DNA of 64,000 nt from an uncultured Eubacteriales bacterium (GCA_900546635.1 URDS01000005.1:73-64072), one strand, 5' to 3'; positions 20,401 through 30,899 are shown, counted from the first letter of the stretch. Numbers and translations are program-made. The notes: generated by a model not told the origin, from the sequence alone.

Positions 20401-21005
20401 CTCTCAAGTTCAGCGGCAATATCATTCAGCCGCACAAGATTTTCATCGGTAGCCGAGAGCTTTTTCTCCGCCTCATACTTTTTATACCGGTATTTGGCAA
20501 TTCCGGCGGCCTCTTCAAAAACATTCCGGCGTTCTTCGCTTTTTCTGGAAAGAATTTCCGAAATTTTGCCCTGTCCGATCACCGAATAGCCGTCCCGGCC
20601 GATACCGGTATTCATAAACAGTTCATGCACATCGCGAAGCCGGACCGCCTTGCGGTTGATAAAATATTCACTTTCCCCGCTTCGGTAATACCGCCTGGTC
20701 ACCGTGATCTCATCATAAGGGAGATCCATCCGATGCGCGCCGACACTGTTGTCAAACGTGACCGAAACCTCGGCAAAGCTCATCGGACGGCGCGCATCGG
20801 CGCCGCCGAAAATGACATCCTCCATTTTGGTTCCGCGGATGTTTTTGCTCGATATTTCACCCAAAACCCAACGCATCGCGTCGGATATATTGGACTTGCC
20901 GCTGCCGTTCGGTCCGATTACCACCGTCGCACCGGGTTCAAAGCGCAAAACCGTTTTATTGGGGAAAGATTTAAAGCCGTACAATTCCAGTGATTTTAAG
21001 TACAC
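17421..21005 (-). CDS. smc: Chromosome segregation protein SMC
   Basis: 1194 aa. N-terminal Walker A GPNGSGKSN, long coiled coils, a hinge, C-terminal LSGGE and a Walker B. GTG start after GGAGGGG. Confidence 0.95.
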   Translation of the reverse strand: MYLKSLELYGFKSFPNKTVLRFEPGATVVIGPNGSGKSNISDAMRWVLGEISSKNIRGTKMEDVIFGGADARRPMSFAEVSVTFDNSVGAHRMDLPYDEITVTRRYYRSGESEYFINRKAVRLRDVHELFMNTGIGRDGYSVIGQGKISEILSRKSEERRNVFEEAAGIAKYRYKKYEAEKKLSATDENLVRLNDIAAELESRVGPLERDSRKAKKYLEIYDAKRRADVRLWIFDSAALKEKVAAAQKAVHLSEHELEVAEDSLHMLETQSDKLFEESQRGKMASEKLLTEIGTLKEQIHQADSAYKVTENEIAHRRELMEKSAESVSAARAQIDEAEGEERRLACQAEEVKAKIELAAKERAGLEERRAACAQRADALEKEIDEKHIEAQKLRDASVEMKVRIGALESTVSADDSASAKASDEIADRQKDAQALQTEIDGIRAEIAAYKENADQTALVIETLAKDVDAAEADREKRKASAAEEKLRLDGYLHRAESLERMEELFEGYSGSVRFVMQAASDGKIGGGQVYGPLSKLISVPEQYVTAVETAFGANIQNIAVENEAVAVSAIRALKEARAGRATFYPLTSVTAQDETEEMIRARAYAGYIGRADLLFDYDPLFAEIMRSILGRTLVFDTLDNASKMAREQKYRVKVVTLDGQVIHAGGSYTGGSVRRDSGILTRSAEIKSLRKMAKEAEERLFAEDRMLSAAEKTLHDAQSRREGALAQREIIQALIAAERARLEAQSAKLAANEELCEKLRADIERLRTQKDGFGDELLNLQKAADEAEARIEEIRIFRANKDSERNSALDEVREMEARLGENSVLLAELKKDAQTLEDARLALKARVCELTETTAAALQSVEKYRADIENFAQAQTLNRESVAQDMTRLSLLTEQRGSVESGTAEYERKLNETRLKIREKTGQKETILLAHTKNESKLHSLLSEQDKLAERMLEEYELTYGAALELGYPPLEAAERPALAASAAEYRREMKSLGSVNVGAIEEYTQVKTRYDELASQIEDLQKSKTELVTVIHRLENEMRGQFMDAFNRINDHFSKVFAELFGGGCAELILTEPEDVLGSGIEIKAAPPGKIIKSLTLLSGGEQAFVAIALFFAILKVNPSPFCILDEIEAALDEVNVSRFAEYVKRMSDNTQFVLITHRRGTMEAADRIYGVTMPERGVSKVLALNVDEVKFD

Positions 21006-21030
21006 GCGCCCCTCCGATTTATCCTGATTT

Positions 21031-22050
21031 TCAATAAACTCTTAATAAGATATTATAAAGCATCAGGCCGTCTTTTTCAACAATTTTCAGCCTTTTTATA
21101 TGAAAATCCTTTTTCAGCCGCTCCCGGTTCTCCCCGCGATACCCAACCGCTTTGGAAACCTCGCCCGGCGCGACCGATACTTCGACAGTCTTTCCGGCGC
21201 ATGCACCGCCGTATGCGCGCAGCCGCTCGGCAATCATACGACCGTACAGCCGTCCCATCGTCATCTCTCCGAGCGCCGGATGAAAAGCGCCGCCCAGAAC
21301 CTTATCCTCCGAGGTCAGAGACTCGCCGGCGCAAAGCCCCACCCGAATCACCGGTACTCCGTGCTGCACGAAAATTCGCAAAATATCGGCCGCGCGCTCC
21401 GCCGCTGCATCGTTTTCAAGCGGTGCGTAAAGGCCGGATTGCATCATGCCGCAAAGCTCCGTGCCGTGAAAAACAACAACCGGATATATGCGCGCGGCCG
21501 CAGCGCCCGCATCACAAATAAACGCGGCGGTTTTTCGTTCGCTCTCCGGCGTTGAGGCGGGCAGGCCGACCATCATCTGACCGACGAGTGAAAAGCCATA
21601 TTCACGCACAAGCGCCGCGGCACGGGCAGAAGCCGCAGCCGTATGACCGCGCCTCGACGCACGCAGAACCGCGTCGTCCATGCTCTGTATGCCGAGTTCG
21701 ATTGTGCGCACGGAATATCGGCTTAGAATTTCCAGCACTTCCGCATCGATATAATCGGGGCGGGTGGAGAGGCGAATCGCCTGTACCCGCCCAAAATCCA
21801 CATATCGCTGCGCGGTTTCAAGCAGCGAAATCATCAAGGCGCGGTCGATTCCGGTAAAGGAGCCGCCGAAAAAAGCGATTTCGGTTTCCGTATCCTGCGA
21901 TATGGTTGACAGGGCAAGATCAATCGTTTGGACGACATCGCCGGCGGAAAATGTCTCCACGCCCGAAATCAAGCGCTGATTGCAGAATACGCACTGATTC
22001 GGGCATCCGAGATGCGGAATAAAGACGGGAATATTGACATGCTTTTTCAT
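21031..22050 (-). CDS. Radical SAM protein (Elp3-like catalytic domain only)
   Basis: IPHLGCPNQCVFCNQ is a CxxxCxxC cluster motif. It sits in the rnc-smc interval, a position I recall as common in Clostridia. Confidence 0.75.
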   Translation of the reverse strand: MKKHVNIPVFIPHLGCPNQCVFCNQRLISGVETFSAGDVVQTIDLALSTISQDTETEIAFFGGSFTGIDRALMISLLETAQRYVDFGRVQAIRLSTRPDYIDAEVLEILSRYSVRTIELGIQSMDDAVLRASRRGHTAAASARAAALVREYGFSLVGQMMVGLPASTPESERKTAAFICDAGAAAARIYPVVVFHGTELCGMMQSGLYAPLENDAAAERAADILRIFVQHGVPVIRVGLCAGESLTSEDKVLGGAFHPALGEMTMGRLYGRMIAERLRAYGGACAGKTVEVSVAPGEVSKAVGYRGENRERLKKDFHIKRLKIVEKDGLMLYNILLRVY

Positions 22051-22103
22051 CGGTGACTTCCTCCAAAACGATTTTAAGCGCCGAAAACACGGCGCTTAAA
22101 GCG

Positions 22104-22820
22104 TTATTTTTGTCCAAAAAGTTCAAGCGCCTGTCTGGCCGCGACCTGTTCTGCCGCGCGCTTGGTGCGCCCCTCGCCGGTGCCGATTACATTGCTGTTC
22201 AACCGTGCTTCCACCGTGAAGCATTTATTGTGATCGGGACCGCGCTCGTCTACCACGAAGTACTCCAGCACTTCCCCGCCGGCCTGCTGCACAAACTGCT
22301 GCAAAAGCGTTTTATAATCCCGCGCCGCGCCGCTGATTTCAAGCTTGGTAAGCTCGGCTTCAAGCAGAGGTACGAGAAACTTTGCGACCCTATTTTTGTC
22401 CATTCCGCAGTCGATGAAAATCGCTGCAAGCAGCGCCTCAAACGCATCCGCCAAAATAGACGGTCGCTCGCGTCCGCCTCCGAGTTCCTCGCCGTGGCCG
22501 AGACAAAGATACGCGCCGAGGCCGATCTTCCCCGCGAACACGCTAAGCGCCTTTTCGCAGACAATCTCAGCGCGCATCCGCGTCAATTCGCCCTCAGGCT
22601 GTTCGGGAAACTTCAAAAACAGGAATTCACTTGCAACAATCGATAAAACCGAATCTCCCAAAAATTCCAGACGCTCGTTGCACTCCACATATGCGCCCTT
22701 GCTCTTCGCTTCGTTTGAATACGAGGAATGCGTCAGCGCCGTATCCAACAGCGTGCGGTCATGAAACGCATAGCCAATGGCCGCCTCCAGCGCCGCTCTG
22801 TCCTTTCTCAGTCTCTGCAT
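22104..22820 (-). CDS. rnc: Ribonuclease III
   Basis: NERLEFLGDSVL signature plus a C-terminal dsRBD. Confidence 0.95.
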   Translation of the reverse strand: MQRLRKDRAALEAAIGYAFHDRTLLDTALTHSSYSNEAKSKGAYVECNERLEFLGDSVLSIVASEFLFLKFPEQPEGELTRMRAEIVCEKALSVFAGKIGLGAYLCLGHGEELGGGRERPSILADAFEALLAAIFIDCGMDKNRVAKFLVPLLEAELTKLEISGAARDYKTLLQQFVQQAGGEVLEYFVVDERGPDHNKCFTVEARLNSNVIGTGEGRTKRAAEQVAARQALELFGQK

Positions 22821-22823
22821 GAT

Positions 22824-23852
22824 TCACTTCCTGTCAAGCGGCTCCGCCGGATCCGCCTGTGCCCGAAGTTCACCGGCATGCGCCGCAATATCATAAATAA
22901 CGCCTGTATCAATATAGGCCATCGCCTGACGAACCGCATTCAAAATCGCGCGCGCATCCGAAGAACCGTGCGCCTTGATCACCGGTTTTGAAATACCGAG
23001 CAGCGGCGCGCCGCCGTATTCCGAGGGATCAAACTGCTTTTTGAACGAAGTAATCGAAGCGCGGAGCGGAAGCGCGCTGACCTTGGTAAGCAGATTTTGC
23101 CCGAACACGCCTTTGAGCGTGCGCATGAAAAATTTGCTTAGCCCCTCGATCGTTTTCAGCATGATGTTTCCGGTAAAGCCGTCGCACACCAAAACATCGC
23201 ACACGTCAAACGGCACTTCTTTTCCCTCAACGTTGCCCACGAAATTGACATATTCGGACGCTTCAAGCAGCGCGTAGGCATTTTTATACAGCGCGGTACC
23301 TTTCGTCGGCTCGGTGCCGTTGTTCAAAAGACCGACGCGCGCGCAGCCGAGACCGTATATTTTCTCCATGTACACGGAACCCATCACCGCAAACTGTTCA
23401 AGCGTTTTCTCATCAACTTCCAGATTCGCGCCCGAATCCAACAGCAAAAGCGGTTTTTGAAAAGGCATAATCGTACCGATCGCAGCACGGTGAACGCCTT
23501 TGATTCTGCGGACGATCAGCGTTGCGCCGGCAAGCAGCGCGCCTGTATTTCCCGCGCTGACAAACGCATCCCCCTGGCCTTTTGAAAGCATCTGCAGACC
23601 GATCGCCATAGAAGAATCGTTTTTATCCCGCACCACGCTGAGCGCAGGATCCTCCATAGTAATCACCACGTCGGTATCCACGACGGACAGCGGCGAAATA
23701 TCCAAATCCGACTCTGCGGCAATATGCTCGATCGTTTCCCTGTGTCCGATCATGGTAATCTCGACGCCGAACTCCTGACGCGCCAGCACTGCGCCCCGAA
23801 TGATTTCAGCGGGCGCCTTGTCGCCGCTCATTACATCTATTAAAATATTCAT
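22824..23852 (-). CDS. plsX: Phosphate acyltransferase PlsX
   Basis: MNILIDVMSGDKAP...FVSAGNTGA is typical of PlsX. Confidence 0.95.
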   Translation of the reverse strand: MNILIDVMSGDKAPAEIIRGAVLARQEFGVEITMIGHRETIEHIAAESDLDISPLSVVDTDVVITMEDPALSVVRDKNDSSMAIGLQMLSKGQGDAFVSAGNTGALLAGATLIVRRIKGVHRAAIGTIMPFQKPLLLLDSGANLEVDEKTLEQFAVMGSVYMEKIYGLGCARVGLLNNGTEPTKGTALYKNAYALLEASEYVNFVGNVEGKEVPFDVCDVLVCDGFTGNIMLKTIEGLSKFFMRTLKGVFGQNLLTKVSALPLRASITSFKKQFDPSEYGGAPLLGISKPVIKAHGSSDARAILNAVRQAMAYIDTGVIYDIAAHAGELRAQADPAEPLDRK

Positions 23853-23871
23853 TGCTTCACGCCTCTCGACT

Positions 23872-25197
23872 TCAATTTATAGATTCTGCCATCTCGCGCA
23901 GTGCGGCCAAAGACCGCGCCGCAAGCGCCTCATTTTTCGCTCTTTTGCCGCCCTTGACACGTTCGCCGAGCGGCTCGACAAGTCCGAAATTGGCATTCAT
24001 CGGCTGGAAACTTCCGGTATTTCCGGAACTGATATAGTCCGCCATCGCGCCGATCACCGTCTTTTTGGGGAACAGCACAGGCGGCTTATCCAGCGCGCGC
24101 ATCGCCGCGTTTATTCCCGCGACCAGACCGGACGCCGCCGACTCCACATAGCCCTCGACACCGGTCATCTGCCCGGCAAAAAACAACTGCGGCCGATTCC
24201 GAACCGAATAATCGGCATTCAGAAAACCGGGAGAATGCAGATACGTATTTCTGTGCATCACGCCATATCGAACAAATTCCGCATTTTCAAGGCCCGGAAT
24301 CATGGAAAACACACGTTTTTGTTCGCCAAACGTCAAATGCGTCTGAAAGCCCACCATATTGAAAAGGGACGCCGCCGCATCATCCTGACGAAGCTGCACA
24401 ACAGCGTAGGCTTCTTTCCCCGTGCCGGGCAGCGGCAGGCCGACCGGCTTCATCGGGCCGTAACGGAGCGTATCATAGCCGCGCCGCGCCATAACCTCCA
24501 CCGGCATACAGCCTTCAAAAACGGTAAGCTCGCCCTGCTGTTCCCGGTCAAAATCTTTCAGCGCGGCTTCTTTGGCGCCGATCAGCGCCTCATAGAATAC
24601 ATCGTACTCCGCTTTGGTCATCGGGCAGTTGATATATGACGCTTCTCCCTTTCCGTAACGGGAAGCAAAAAACGCTTTTTCCATATCAATGCTCGAAAAC
24701 TCCACGATAGGCGCCGCCGCATCGAAAAAGTAGAGCTTTTTCCCGCCGATAAAGCGGCCGATCGCCTCGGAAAGCGGCTCCGATGTAAGCGGACCGGACG
24801 CAACGACCGCAATGCCTGCGTCCGGCAATTCAGCGACCTCTTTTTCGATCACTTCGATATTGGGATGCCTTTGGATTTTGTCGGTAATATAGGCCGAAAA
24901 GCCCTCCCGGTCTACGGCAAGCGAGCTTCCCGCCGGAACCTCGTTTGCATACGCCGCTTCCATAATCAGAGAGTTCAAGAGGCGCATTTCTTCTTTCAAG
25001 AGTCCGACTGCGTTGACAACCGAATTTGAGCGCAGCGAATTGGAGCAGACAAGTTCCGCAAACTGCGCGCTGTGGTGCGCCGGCGTCATCTTCTCCGGCT
25101 TCATCTCATACAGTTTCACTCGAACGCCGCGCTCTGCCGCCTGCCATGCCGCCTCGCATCCGGCGAGTCCGGCGCCGATAATCTCAATCTGTGTCAA
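23872..25197 (-). CDS. trmFO: Methylenetetrahydrofolate--tRNA-(uracil-5-)-methyltransferase TrmFO
   Basis: [17 protein letters not shown] motif and full-length TrmFO/Gid similarity. An apparent TTG start abuts the topA stop. Confidence 0.9.
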   Translation of the reverse strand: MTQIEIIGAGLAGCEAAWQAAERGVRVKLYEMKPEKMTPAHHSAQFAELVCSNSLRSNSVVNAVGLLKEEMRLLNSLIMEAAYANEVPAGSSLAVDREGFSAYITDKIQRHPNIEVIEKEVAELPDAGIAVVASGPLTSEPLSEAIGRFIGGKKLYFFDAAAPIVEFSSIDMEKAFFASRYGKGEASYINCPMTKAEYDVFYEALIGAKEAALKDFDREQQGELTVFEGCMPVEVMARRGYDTLRYGPMKPVGLPLPGTGKEAYAVVQLRQDDAAASLFNMVGFQTHLTFGEQKRVFSMIPGLENAEFVRYGVMHRNTYLHSPGFLNADYSVRNRPQLFFAGQMTGVEGYVESAASGLVAGINAAMRALDKPPVLFPKKTVIGAMADYISSGNTGSFQPMNANFGLVEPLGERVKGGKRAKNEALAARSLAALREMAESIN

Positions 25198-27480
25198 TTA
25201 TTCTTCCTCTGCCTGTTCAGCTGCCGGCGCATCCGCTTTATATCCGCACGCCTTATCATGGCAAATCAACTGATTTTTTCCTTTTTTGCGATACAGCATC
25301 TTTCCGCACTGCGGACATTTTTCCTCGGTCGGCATATCCCAGGAAGAAAAATCGCAGTCCGGATACCGCTCACAACTGTAAAACACCGTCCGGTTCCGTC
25401 CGATCTTGGAAACGATCTTGGCGCCGCACTGCGGGCAGGCTACGCCGGTATCTTTGGTACGCTGCTTTGTGAATTTACACTTCGGATAGTTTGCGCAGGC
25501 ATAAAAGCTGCCGTAGCGCCCGGTACGAAGCACCATGTCTCCGCCGCAGAGTTCGCATTTGAAATCGGCAACAGTCGGTTTTTTTTCTTCCGATTCACCG
25601 GTGCTGCCGTCCTTATCGAGCGGCTTTGTGTTTTTGCAGGCCGGATAGTTCGGACATGCCGCAAACCGGCCGTAGCGCCCGTTTTTCACAATCATTTTGC
25701 TGCCGCATTTTTCACAAATAAGGTCGGTCTCCTCGGTAGGCAAAACGATTTTTTCGTTTTGATAATTCTGTTCGGCGCCCGAAAGCGCCTTGGCGAAATC
25801 CGTATAGAAATCGCCGAGTACCTGCGTCATGGTACTTTCGCCGTGCGCGATGCCGTCCAGCTGATCCTCCATCTGCGCCGTAAACGCATAGTCCACGATC
25901 TCCGGGAAATATTCAATCATCAGTTTGGTGGTGGTTTCTCCGAGCGGCGTGGGAACAAGCGATTTGCCGTCGCGCGAGACGTAATTCCGCGCGACAATGG
26001 TTGTAATAATCGGCGCGTAGGTACTCGGACGGCCGATTCCCTTTTCCTCCAAAAATTTAATCAGCGAAGCCTCTGTAAAACGCGGAGGCGGCTCTGTAAA
26101 ATGCTGCTGCGGATCATATTTTTCGGCCGTCAGACGGTCTCCCTCGGAGATCGGCGGGATTTTTTCATTTTCTTCCACGTCCGCGCCGTCATTTTTAGTC
26201 TGTTCGTCCAGCGACTCCTCATATACGGCCATATATCCCTGGAATCGTACGGTGTAGCCGCTGGTACGGAAGCGGTACTCGCCCGCGCCGAATTCAATCG
26301 TCTGGGTATCAAAAACGGCAGACGCCATCTGACTCGCGATAAAACGGTCCCAGATCAGCTTATACAGTTTATACTGATCGTTTGTAAGGAATTTCCGAAT
26401 CTGCGCCGGCTCCAGCGCCGCATTGGAAGGCCGAATCGCCTCATGCGCGTCCTGCGCATTCGATTTGGTTTTATATACTCTCGGATGCGGCGGGCAATAA
26501 CTTTCTCCGTACTTTGCCGCGATCAGTTCCAGTGCGGCGCTCTGCGCTTCGGCGGAAATCCGCAGCGAATCGGTACGCATATACGTGATAATACCCTGTA
26601 CGCCGCCGTTTTCGGAACCGAGATTGATTCCCTCGTACAGTTCCTGCGCCACTTTCATGACCCGCTGAGACTGAAATCCCAGTTTGCGCGAAGCCTCCTG
26701 CTGCATTGTGGACGTGGTAAAAGGCGGAGCGGGCTGCTTGTTTTTTGCGGCTTTCTTGACCGAGAGACAGGAAAACGCGGCATTCTGCAAAGCCGCCAAT
26801 ACAGCGTCAACGTCCGCTTTCGATTCAAGCTTGACTTTTTGCTTTCCCCTGCCCGCAAGACGCGCCTTGACCGGTTTGTCGTCCGCGGTTCGCAAAAGCG
26901 CATCCAGCGTCCAGTATTCCTGTTTGACAAACGCGCGTATCTCCGCTTCGCGCTCGACAATAATGCGCGTTGCCACAGACTGCACGCGCCCTGCGGACAA
27001 TCCGCTTTTGACGCTTTTCCAGAGAAACGGACTCAGCTTATACCCCACAATGCGGTCTAAAATCCGTCTGGCCTGCTGTGAATTTACAAGCTCCATGTCG
27101 ATCTCACGCGGATGCTTAATCGCGTCCTTGACCGCGCTTTTGGTCACCTCGTTAAAAGCGACGCGGCAGCATTTTTCGGGATCCAGTCCGAGTGCGTTTG
27201 CCAAATGCCAGGAAATCGCCTCACCCTCGCGGTCAGGGTCGGTCGCAAGGAAAACCTTGCTCGCCGCCTTAGCGTCCTTTTTCAAAGCCTTTATCAATTC
27301 GCCTTTGCCGCGAATATTAATATAATGCGCCGCAAAGTCATTTTCAATATCCACGCCGAGCGTACTTTTCGGCAGATCGCGGACATGCCCTTTGGAGGCG
27401 ACCACTTTATAGTTGCTGCCGAGATAGCTTTTGATCGTACTCGCCTTTGACGGCGACTCCACAATAACCAAATTTGCCAT
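25198..27480 (-). CDS. topA: DNA topoisomerase I with four C-terminal zinc ribbons
   Basis: MANLVIVESPSKA Toprim start and an active-site region. C-terminal repeats of the form CxxCG...CPNYPxC. Confidence 0.95.
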   Translation of the reverse strand: MANLVIVESPSKASTIKSYLGSNYKVVASKGHVRDLPKSTLGVDIENDFAAHYINIRGKGELIKALKKDAKAASKVFLATDPDREGEAISWHLANALGLDPEKCCRVAFNEVTKSAVKDAIKHPREIDMELVNSQQARRILDRIVGYKLSPFLWKSVKSGLSAGRVQSVATRIIVEREAEIRAFVKQEYWTLDALLRTADDKPVKARLAGRGKQKVKLESKADVDAVLAALQNAAFSCLSVKKAAKNKQPAPPFTTSTMQQEASRKLGFQSQRVMKVAQELYEGINLGSENGGVQGIITYMRTDSLRISAEAQSAALELIAAKYGESYCPPHPRVYKTKSNAQDAHEAIRPSNAALEPAQIRKFLTNDQYKLYKLIWDRFIASQMASAVFDTQTIEFGAGEYRFRTSGYTVRFQGYMAVYEESLDEQTKNDGADVEENEKIPPISEGDRLTAEKYDPQQHFTEPPPRFTEASLIKFLEEKGIGRPSTYAPIITTIVARNYVSRDGKSLVPTPLGETTTKLMIEYFPEIVDYAFTAQMEDQLDGIAHGESTMTQVLGDFYTDFAKALSGAEQNYQNEKIVLPTEETDLICEKCGSKMIVKNGRYGRFAACPNYPACKNTKPLDKDGSTGESEEKKPTVADFKCELCGGDMVLRTGRYGSFYACANYPKCKFTKQRTKDTGVACPQCGAKIVSKIGRNRTVFYSCERYPDCDFSSWDMPTEEKCPQCGKMLYRKKGKNQLICHDKACGYKADAPAAEQAEEE

Positions 27481-27509
27481 TCTATTTCTCTGCTGGTGCA
27501 GTTCCTTTC

Positions 27510-28778
27510 TTACTTAATACATGACCGACAGTACCGGTTTCCCGGCAGACTGACGGCCAGTCCCTTCACCGAAAGGGAAATCAGATGCATGCTTACATCC
27601 GCAACCGTCTGCCCGGTGGCGCTGACAAGCATATCCACGCTCACGCCGCCCTCCTCCGGGAGACAGTCATATACCGCCTTTTCACATTCGGGCAGCATGA
27701 TAAATTCAGAATTTCGCGCGGTATTTTCCGCGTCGTGCTGCGGCAAATCCGCCGCTTCCTCTGCAAATTCGTCCGGTTCGGCGGCAGGCTTTCGCAGATG
27801 TATAAATTTCGTGTCGGAATTGCCGGCGCTGACGCCGTAACGGCGCATCGCCCGTTCGGAATCATACCGTTTGCTGCCGATGGCGCAAACATCCACATCC
27901 GGGAATGCGGCAGGATCGAACGAGGTCAAAATATCCGCGGCGCAGGTCACAAGCCGCGCGCCGTTTTTAATCAATTCATTTGTACCGGCGCTGTTCGGAA
28001 ATCCGACATTTCCGGGCACCGCAAATACGGGACGTCCCTGCCGAATCGCATTCCGCGCCGTAATCAGCGCGCCGCTCTTGGCCGGTGCCTCAACGACAAG
28101 CGTACATCTCGACAAGCCGCTGATCAGTCGGTTGCGCTGCGGGAAATTGCGTCCGTCCGGCTCTGTGCCGGGCGGATACTCGCTGAGTAAAAATCCGTCA
28201 TTCAAAATACTTTTGCAAAGCTTGGCGTGCACGGCCGGATACACCCTGTCCAGCCCGCAGCCCAGCACCGCCGCGGTTTCCGCCTGCGCGTCCAGCGCGC
28301 CCGCAGCCGACATACCGTCGATTCCGAGCGCCATTCCGCTGACGATCACCGCGCCGGCCGAAGCAAGATCATAGCCCAAGCGATACGCCATATCCCGGCC
28401 GTATTCGCTCATGGTGCGCGTACCCACGACGCCGATGCAAAGACGCTTGTCAAAATCTACAGGCTGTCCTTTGAAATAGAGCAGCGCAGGCGGCGTCGCA
28501 ATATATTTCAGAACAGACGGGTATCGGGAATCGCTGTATGTAAGAACGCCGATCCCCAGCCGCTTACAGTCCTCCAAAATCCGTTCGGACCGAGAAAGCT
28601 CCTTGTTCAAAAGACGCAGACGAATGCGCTCCGGCAGCCCTTCGACCGACAAAAGCGCATCACGCTCCGCCTCATAAATCGCTTTTGCGGACACAAACTT
28701 TGTTACGAGCAGCGCAAGATACGGGCTGGCTGCGCCGAGCCGTGTGCTAAGCCATGTCCAATATACGCTCTCACTCAT
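27510..28778 (-). CDS. dprA: DNA-processing protein DprA
   Basis: Rossmann-like core VVSGMALGIDG...GALITA plus a C-terminal winged-helix tail. ATG 28778 (MSESVYW). Confidence 0.9.
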   Translation of the reverse strand: MSESVYWTWLSTRLGAASPYLALLVTKFVSAKAIYEAERDALLSVEGLPERIRLRLLNKELSRSERILEDCKRLGIGVLTYSDSRYPSVLKYIATPPALLYFKGQPVDFDKRLCIGVVGTRTMSEYGRDMAYRLGYDLASAGAVIVSGMALGIDGMSAAGALDAQAETAAVLGCGLDRVYPAVHAKLCKSILNDGFLLSEYPPGTEPDGRNFPQRNRLISGLSRCTLVVEAPAKSGALITARNAIRQGRPVFAVPGNVGFPNSAGTNELIKNGARLVTCAADILTSFDPAAFPDVDVCAIGSKRYDSERAMRRYGVSAGNSDTKFIHLRKPAAEPDEFAEEAADLPQHDAENTARNSEFIMLPECEKAVYDCLPEEGGVSVDMLVSATGQTVADVSMHLISLSVKGLAVSLPGNRYCRSCIK

Positions 28779-28800
28779 ACATATTACCTTTCCGCTGCGG

Positions 28801-29676
28801 TTATGACCGCTGCATAAATGCAAAAATCGAAGCGGCTACAGCGGCATTCAGAGACTCCGAATCCGGCCGGATCGGAATATACACGCTGCCGGAACACGCC
28901 GCCGAAATTTCCGGCGGGATACCGTGTCCTTCATTGCCGATCAAAAAACAGTCGTTTTGCCCAACGCCAACCGTGTCCGCGCTGCGCGCGCCCGGACGAA
29001 GCTCGGCGGCGAAGACCCGGCGTCCCGAAGCGGTCAGCGCCAATACGGCCTGCCGCATCTGTCCGACCAAGTCCACCTTGATTTTAAAAAGCGCACCCAT
29101 CGCGGCGCGCATGGCGCGGCTGCTGTAAAGATCCGCGCTGTCCGCGCTGAATATCAGCCGGTCAAAGCCGAACGCCGCCGCGCTCCGAACAATCGTCCCC
29201 GCATTGCCGGGATCGCGTACCGAGCACAAAAGCATCAGCTTTTCTCCGGCATAGCGCTTTGCCCTGCTTTCTTCAAATACGGGAACGGTTCTGATATTTT
29301 TTAAAAAATTCAAAACGCAAATAACGCCTTCGGGAGCCTTTTCACTGCTGATTTTATCAAAAGCGGATGCGGAAAGCGTGAAGAGACGCGTTTTTTCATA
29401 TACAGAGATTCCGCGCATCGCATCCAGCGTTTCGGATGCAAGCGTCCCGGTCTGTCCCTCGCGCAGAAGCACCGCCTCAATCCCGGCGCGGCACCCGACC
29501 GCCTCGGAAAATAGTTTTGCTCCCTCGCACAGAAACAATTCGTCCGTCTCCCGATATTTTTTATCCGCAAGTTTCGCATATTTGACTACAACAGGATTCG
29601 CTCTGCTGCCGATATACACATTTTCAAGCACAAGCGGCCTCCAAAAAGCAAGATTTCCGAGATGCGGCGCATTCAT
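28801..29676 (-). CDS. TrmH/SpoU-family RNA 2'-O-methyltransferase
   Basis: C-terminal SPOUT motifs LMLLCSVRDPGNAGTIVRSA, FLIGNEGHGI and SLNAAVAASI. The start position is uncertain. Confidence 0.8.
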   Translation of the reverse strand: MNAPHLGNLAFWRPLVLENVYIGSRANPVVVKYAKLADKKYRETDELFLCEGAKLFSEAVGCRAGIEAVLLREGQTGTLASETLDAMRGISVYEKTRLFTLSASAFDKISSEKAPEGVICVLNFLKNIRTVPVFEESRAKRYAGEKLMLLCSVRDPGNAGTIVRSAAAFGFDRLIFSADSADLYSSRAMRAAMGALFKIKVDLVGQMRQAVLALTASGRRVFAAELRPGARSADTVGVGQNDCFLIGNEGHGIPPEISAACSGSVYIPIRPDSESLNAAVAASIFAFMQRS

Positions 29677-29733
29677 TTTAAAAGCGCCCTTAAAAACGCC
29701 AAAAACCCGGCTTTTACCGGGTTTCTTTTTGAA

Positions 29734-30087
29734 TTAAAGCGCAGCTTTCGCTTTTTCAACCAGAGAAGCAAACGCTTCCTTGTCGTAAACTGCGATCTCA
29801 GAAAGCATTTTTCTGTTCAGTTCGATACCCGCGAGCTTCAGCCCGTGCATAAGCGTCGAATAATTCATGCCGCAAACCTTCGCCTGCGCGGAAATTCTGG
29901 TAATCCAGAGAGAACGCATGTCTCTCTTTTTCATCTTTCTGCCGGCGAACGCATAATTGCCGCTCTTAAGCACGGCCTGTTTCGCCATCTTAAAGTGTTT
30001 GCTCTTTGCGCCCCAATATCCTTTTGCAGCCTTTAATACGCTTTTTCTTCTCTTGCGCGTCATCATAGCGCCTTTTACTCTAGCCAT
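29734..30087 (-). CDS. rplT: 50S ribosomal protein L20
   Basis: [29 protein letters not shown]. Confidence 0.95.
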   Translation of the reverse strand: MARVKGAMMTRKRRKSVLKAAKGYWGAKSKHFKMAKQAVLKSGNYAFAGRKMKKRDMRSLWITRISAQAKVCGMNYSTLMHGLKLAGIELNRKMLSEIAVYDKEAFASLVEKAKAAL

Positions 30088-30127
30088 TTTATTGAATCCT
30101 CCAAATTCCTGATTTTACGGCGCCCGA

Positions 30128-30322
30128 TTATTTCTGAATGAGCGCTTTGATTGTGGGAGCCATCGATGTGCTGAGGTATGCGCCCTTGCGAAGCGATCTC
30201 TTGCGCTTGGCCGTCTTGATACCGAGCTTATGACGATGCTGCGAATGATTCATTTTCACTTTTCCGCCGCCGGTAACGTCAAATCTTTTTGCCGACGCCT
30301 TATGTGTCTTGATTTTTCCCAT
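30128..30322 (-). CDS. rpmI: 50S ribosomal protein L35
   Basis: MGKIKTHKASAKRF. The ATG follows AAGGAGA. Confidence 0.95.
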   Translation of the reverse strand: MGKIKTHKASAKRFDVTGGGKVKMNHSQHRHKLGIKTAKRKRSLRKGAYLSTSMAPTIKALIQK

Positions 30323-30380
30323 GGTTCTATCTCCTTTTGATTTTTTCAAAAAATATGCAAATTCCCGAGAATTTACCGGA

Positions 30381-30899
30381 TTACTTCTTCACGGGCGACA
30401 GAACGACAGACATAAATCTGCCCTCCATCGAAAGGCCTTTCTCAGAAACGCCCGAACCGCTGCACGCCTCAAGGAATTTCTCCAGCATGGAACGTCCGAT
30501 ATCCTGATGCGCCATTTCGCGTCCCTTAAAACGGATGATCGCCTTGACCTTATCTCCGCCGTCCAGAAACTTGCACGCCTGATTGACGCGAGTCTGAAAA
30601 TCATGCGTATCGATCCGGCAGGACAACTGCACTTCTTTTACCTTGACGATCTGCTGCTTTTTGCGTGCCTCTTTCTGTCTCTTGTCCTTCTCAAAGCGAT
30701 ACTTGCCGTAATCCATGATGCGGCATACCGGCGGCTCCGCCTGCGGAGACATCATAACAAGATCCAGTCCCTTGCCGTAAGCGAGTTCCTTTGCATCCTC
30801 CGTAGAAAGAATGCCGATCTGTTCGCCGTCTGCCCCGATAACACGCACTTCTCTGACCCTGATATCGTCGTTAATCTGTGTCGAATCCTTTGCGCTAAT
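30381..30899 (-). CDS. infC: Translation initiation factor IF-3, ATT start codon
   Basis: INDDIRVREVRVIGADGEQIGI...AHQDIG. The in-frame ATT at 30897-30899 is preceded by GGAGGTG plus 6 nt. No ATG/GTG/TTG start is placed properly. Confidence 0.9.
   Translation of the reverse strand: MSAKDSTQINDDIRVREVRVIGADGEQIGILSTEDAKELAYGKGLDLVMMSPQAEPPVCRIMDYGKYRFEKDKRQKEARKKQQIVKVKEVQLSCRIDTHDFQTRVNQACKFLDGGDKVKAIIRFKGREMAHQDIGRSMLEKFLEACSGSGVSEKGLSMEGRFMSVVLSPVKK

Noticed and set aside
18861-20993. A 710-aa ORF on the plus strand, antisense to smc. Several shorter antisense ORFs lie in 17940-20589.
   Set aside because: It is a low-complexity Arg/Leu/Phe-rich translation with no RBS and lies entirely inside a well-supported gene. 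Long stop-free antisense frames are expected opposite GC-rich coiled-coil coding sequence.
25072-27060. A 662-aa ORF antisense to topA.
   Set aside because: Same pattern as above: no recognisable motifs, an Arg-rich product, and complete overlap with topA.
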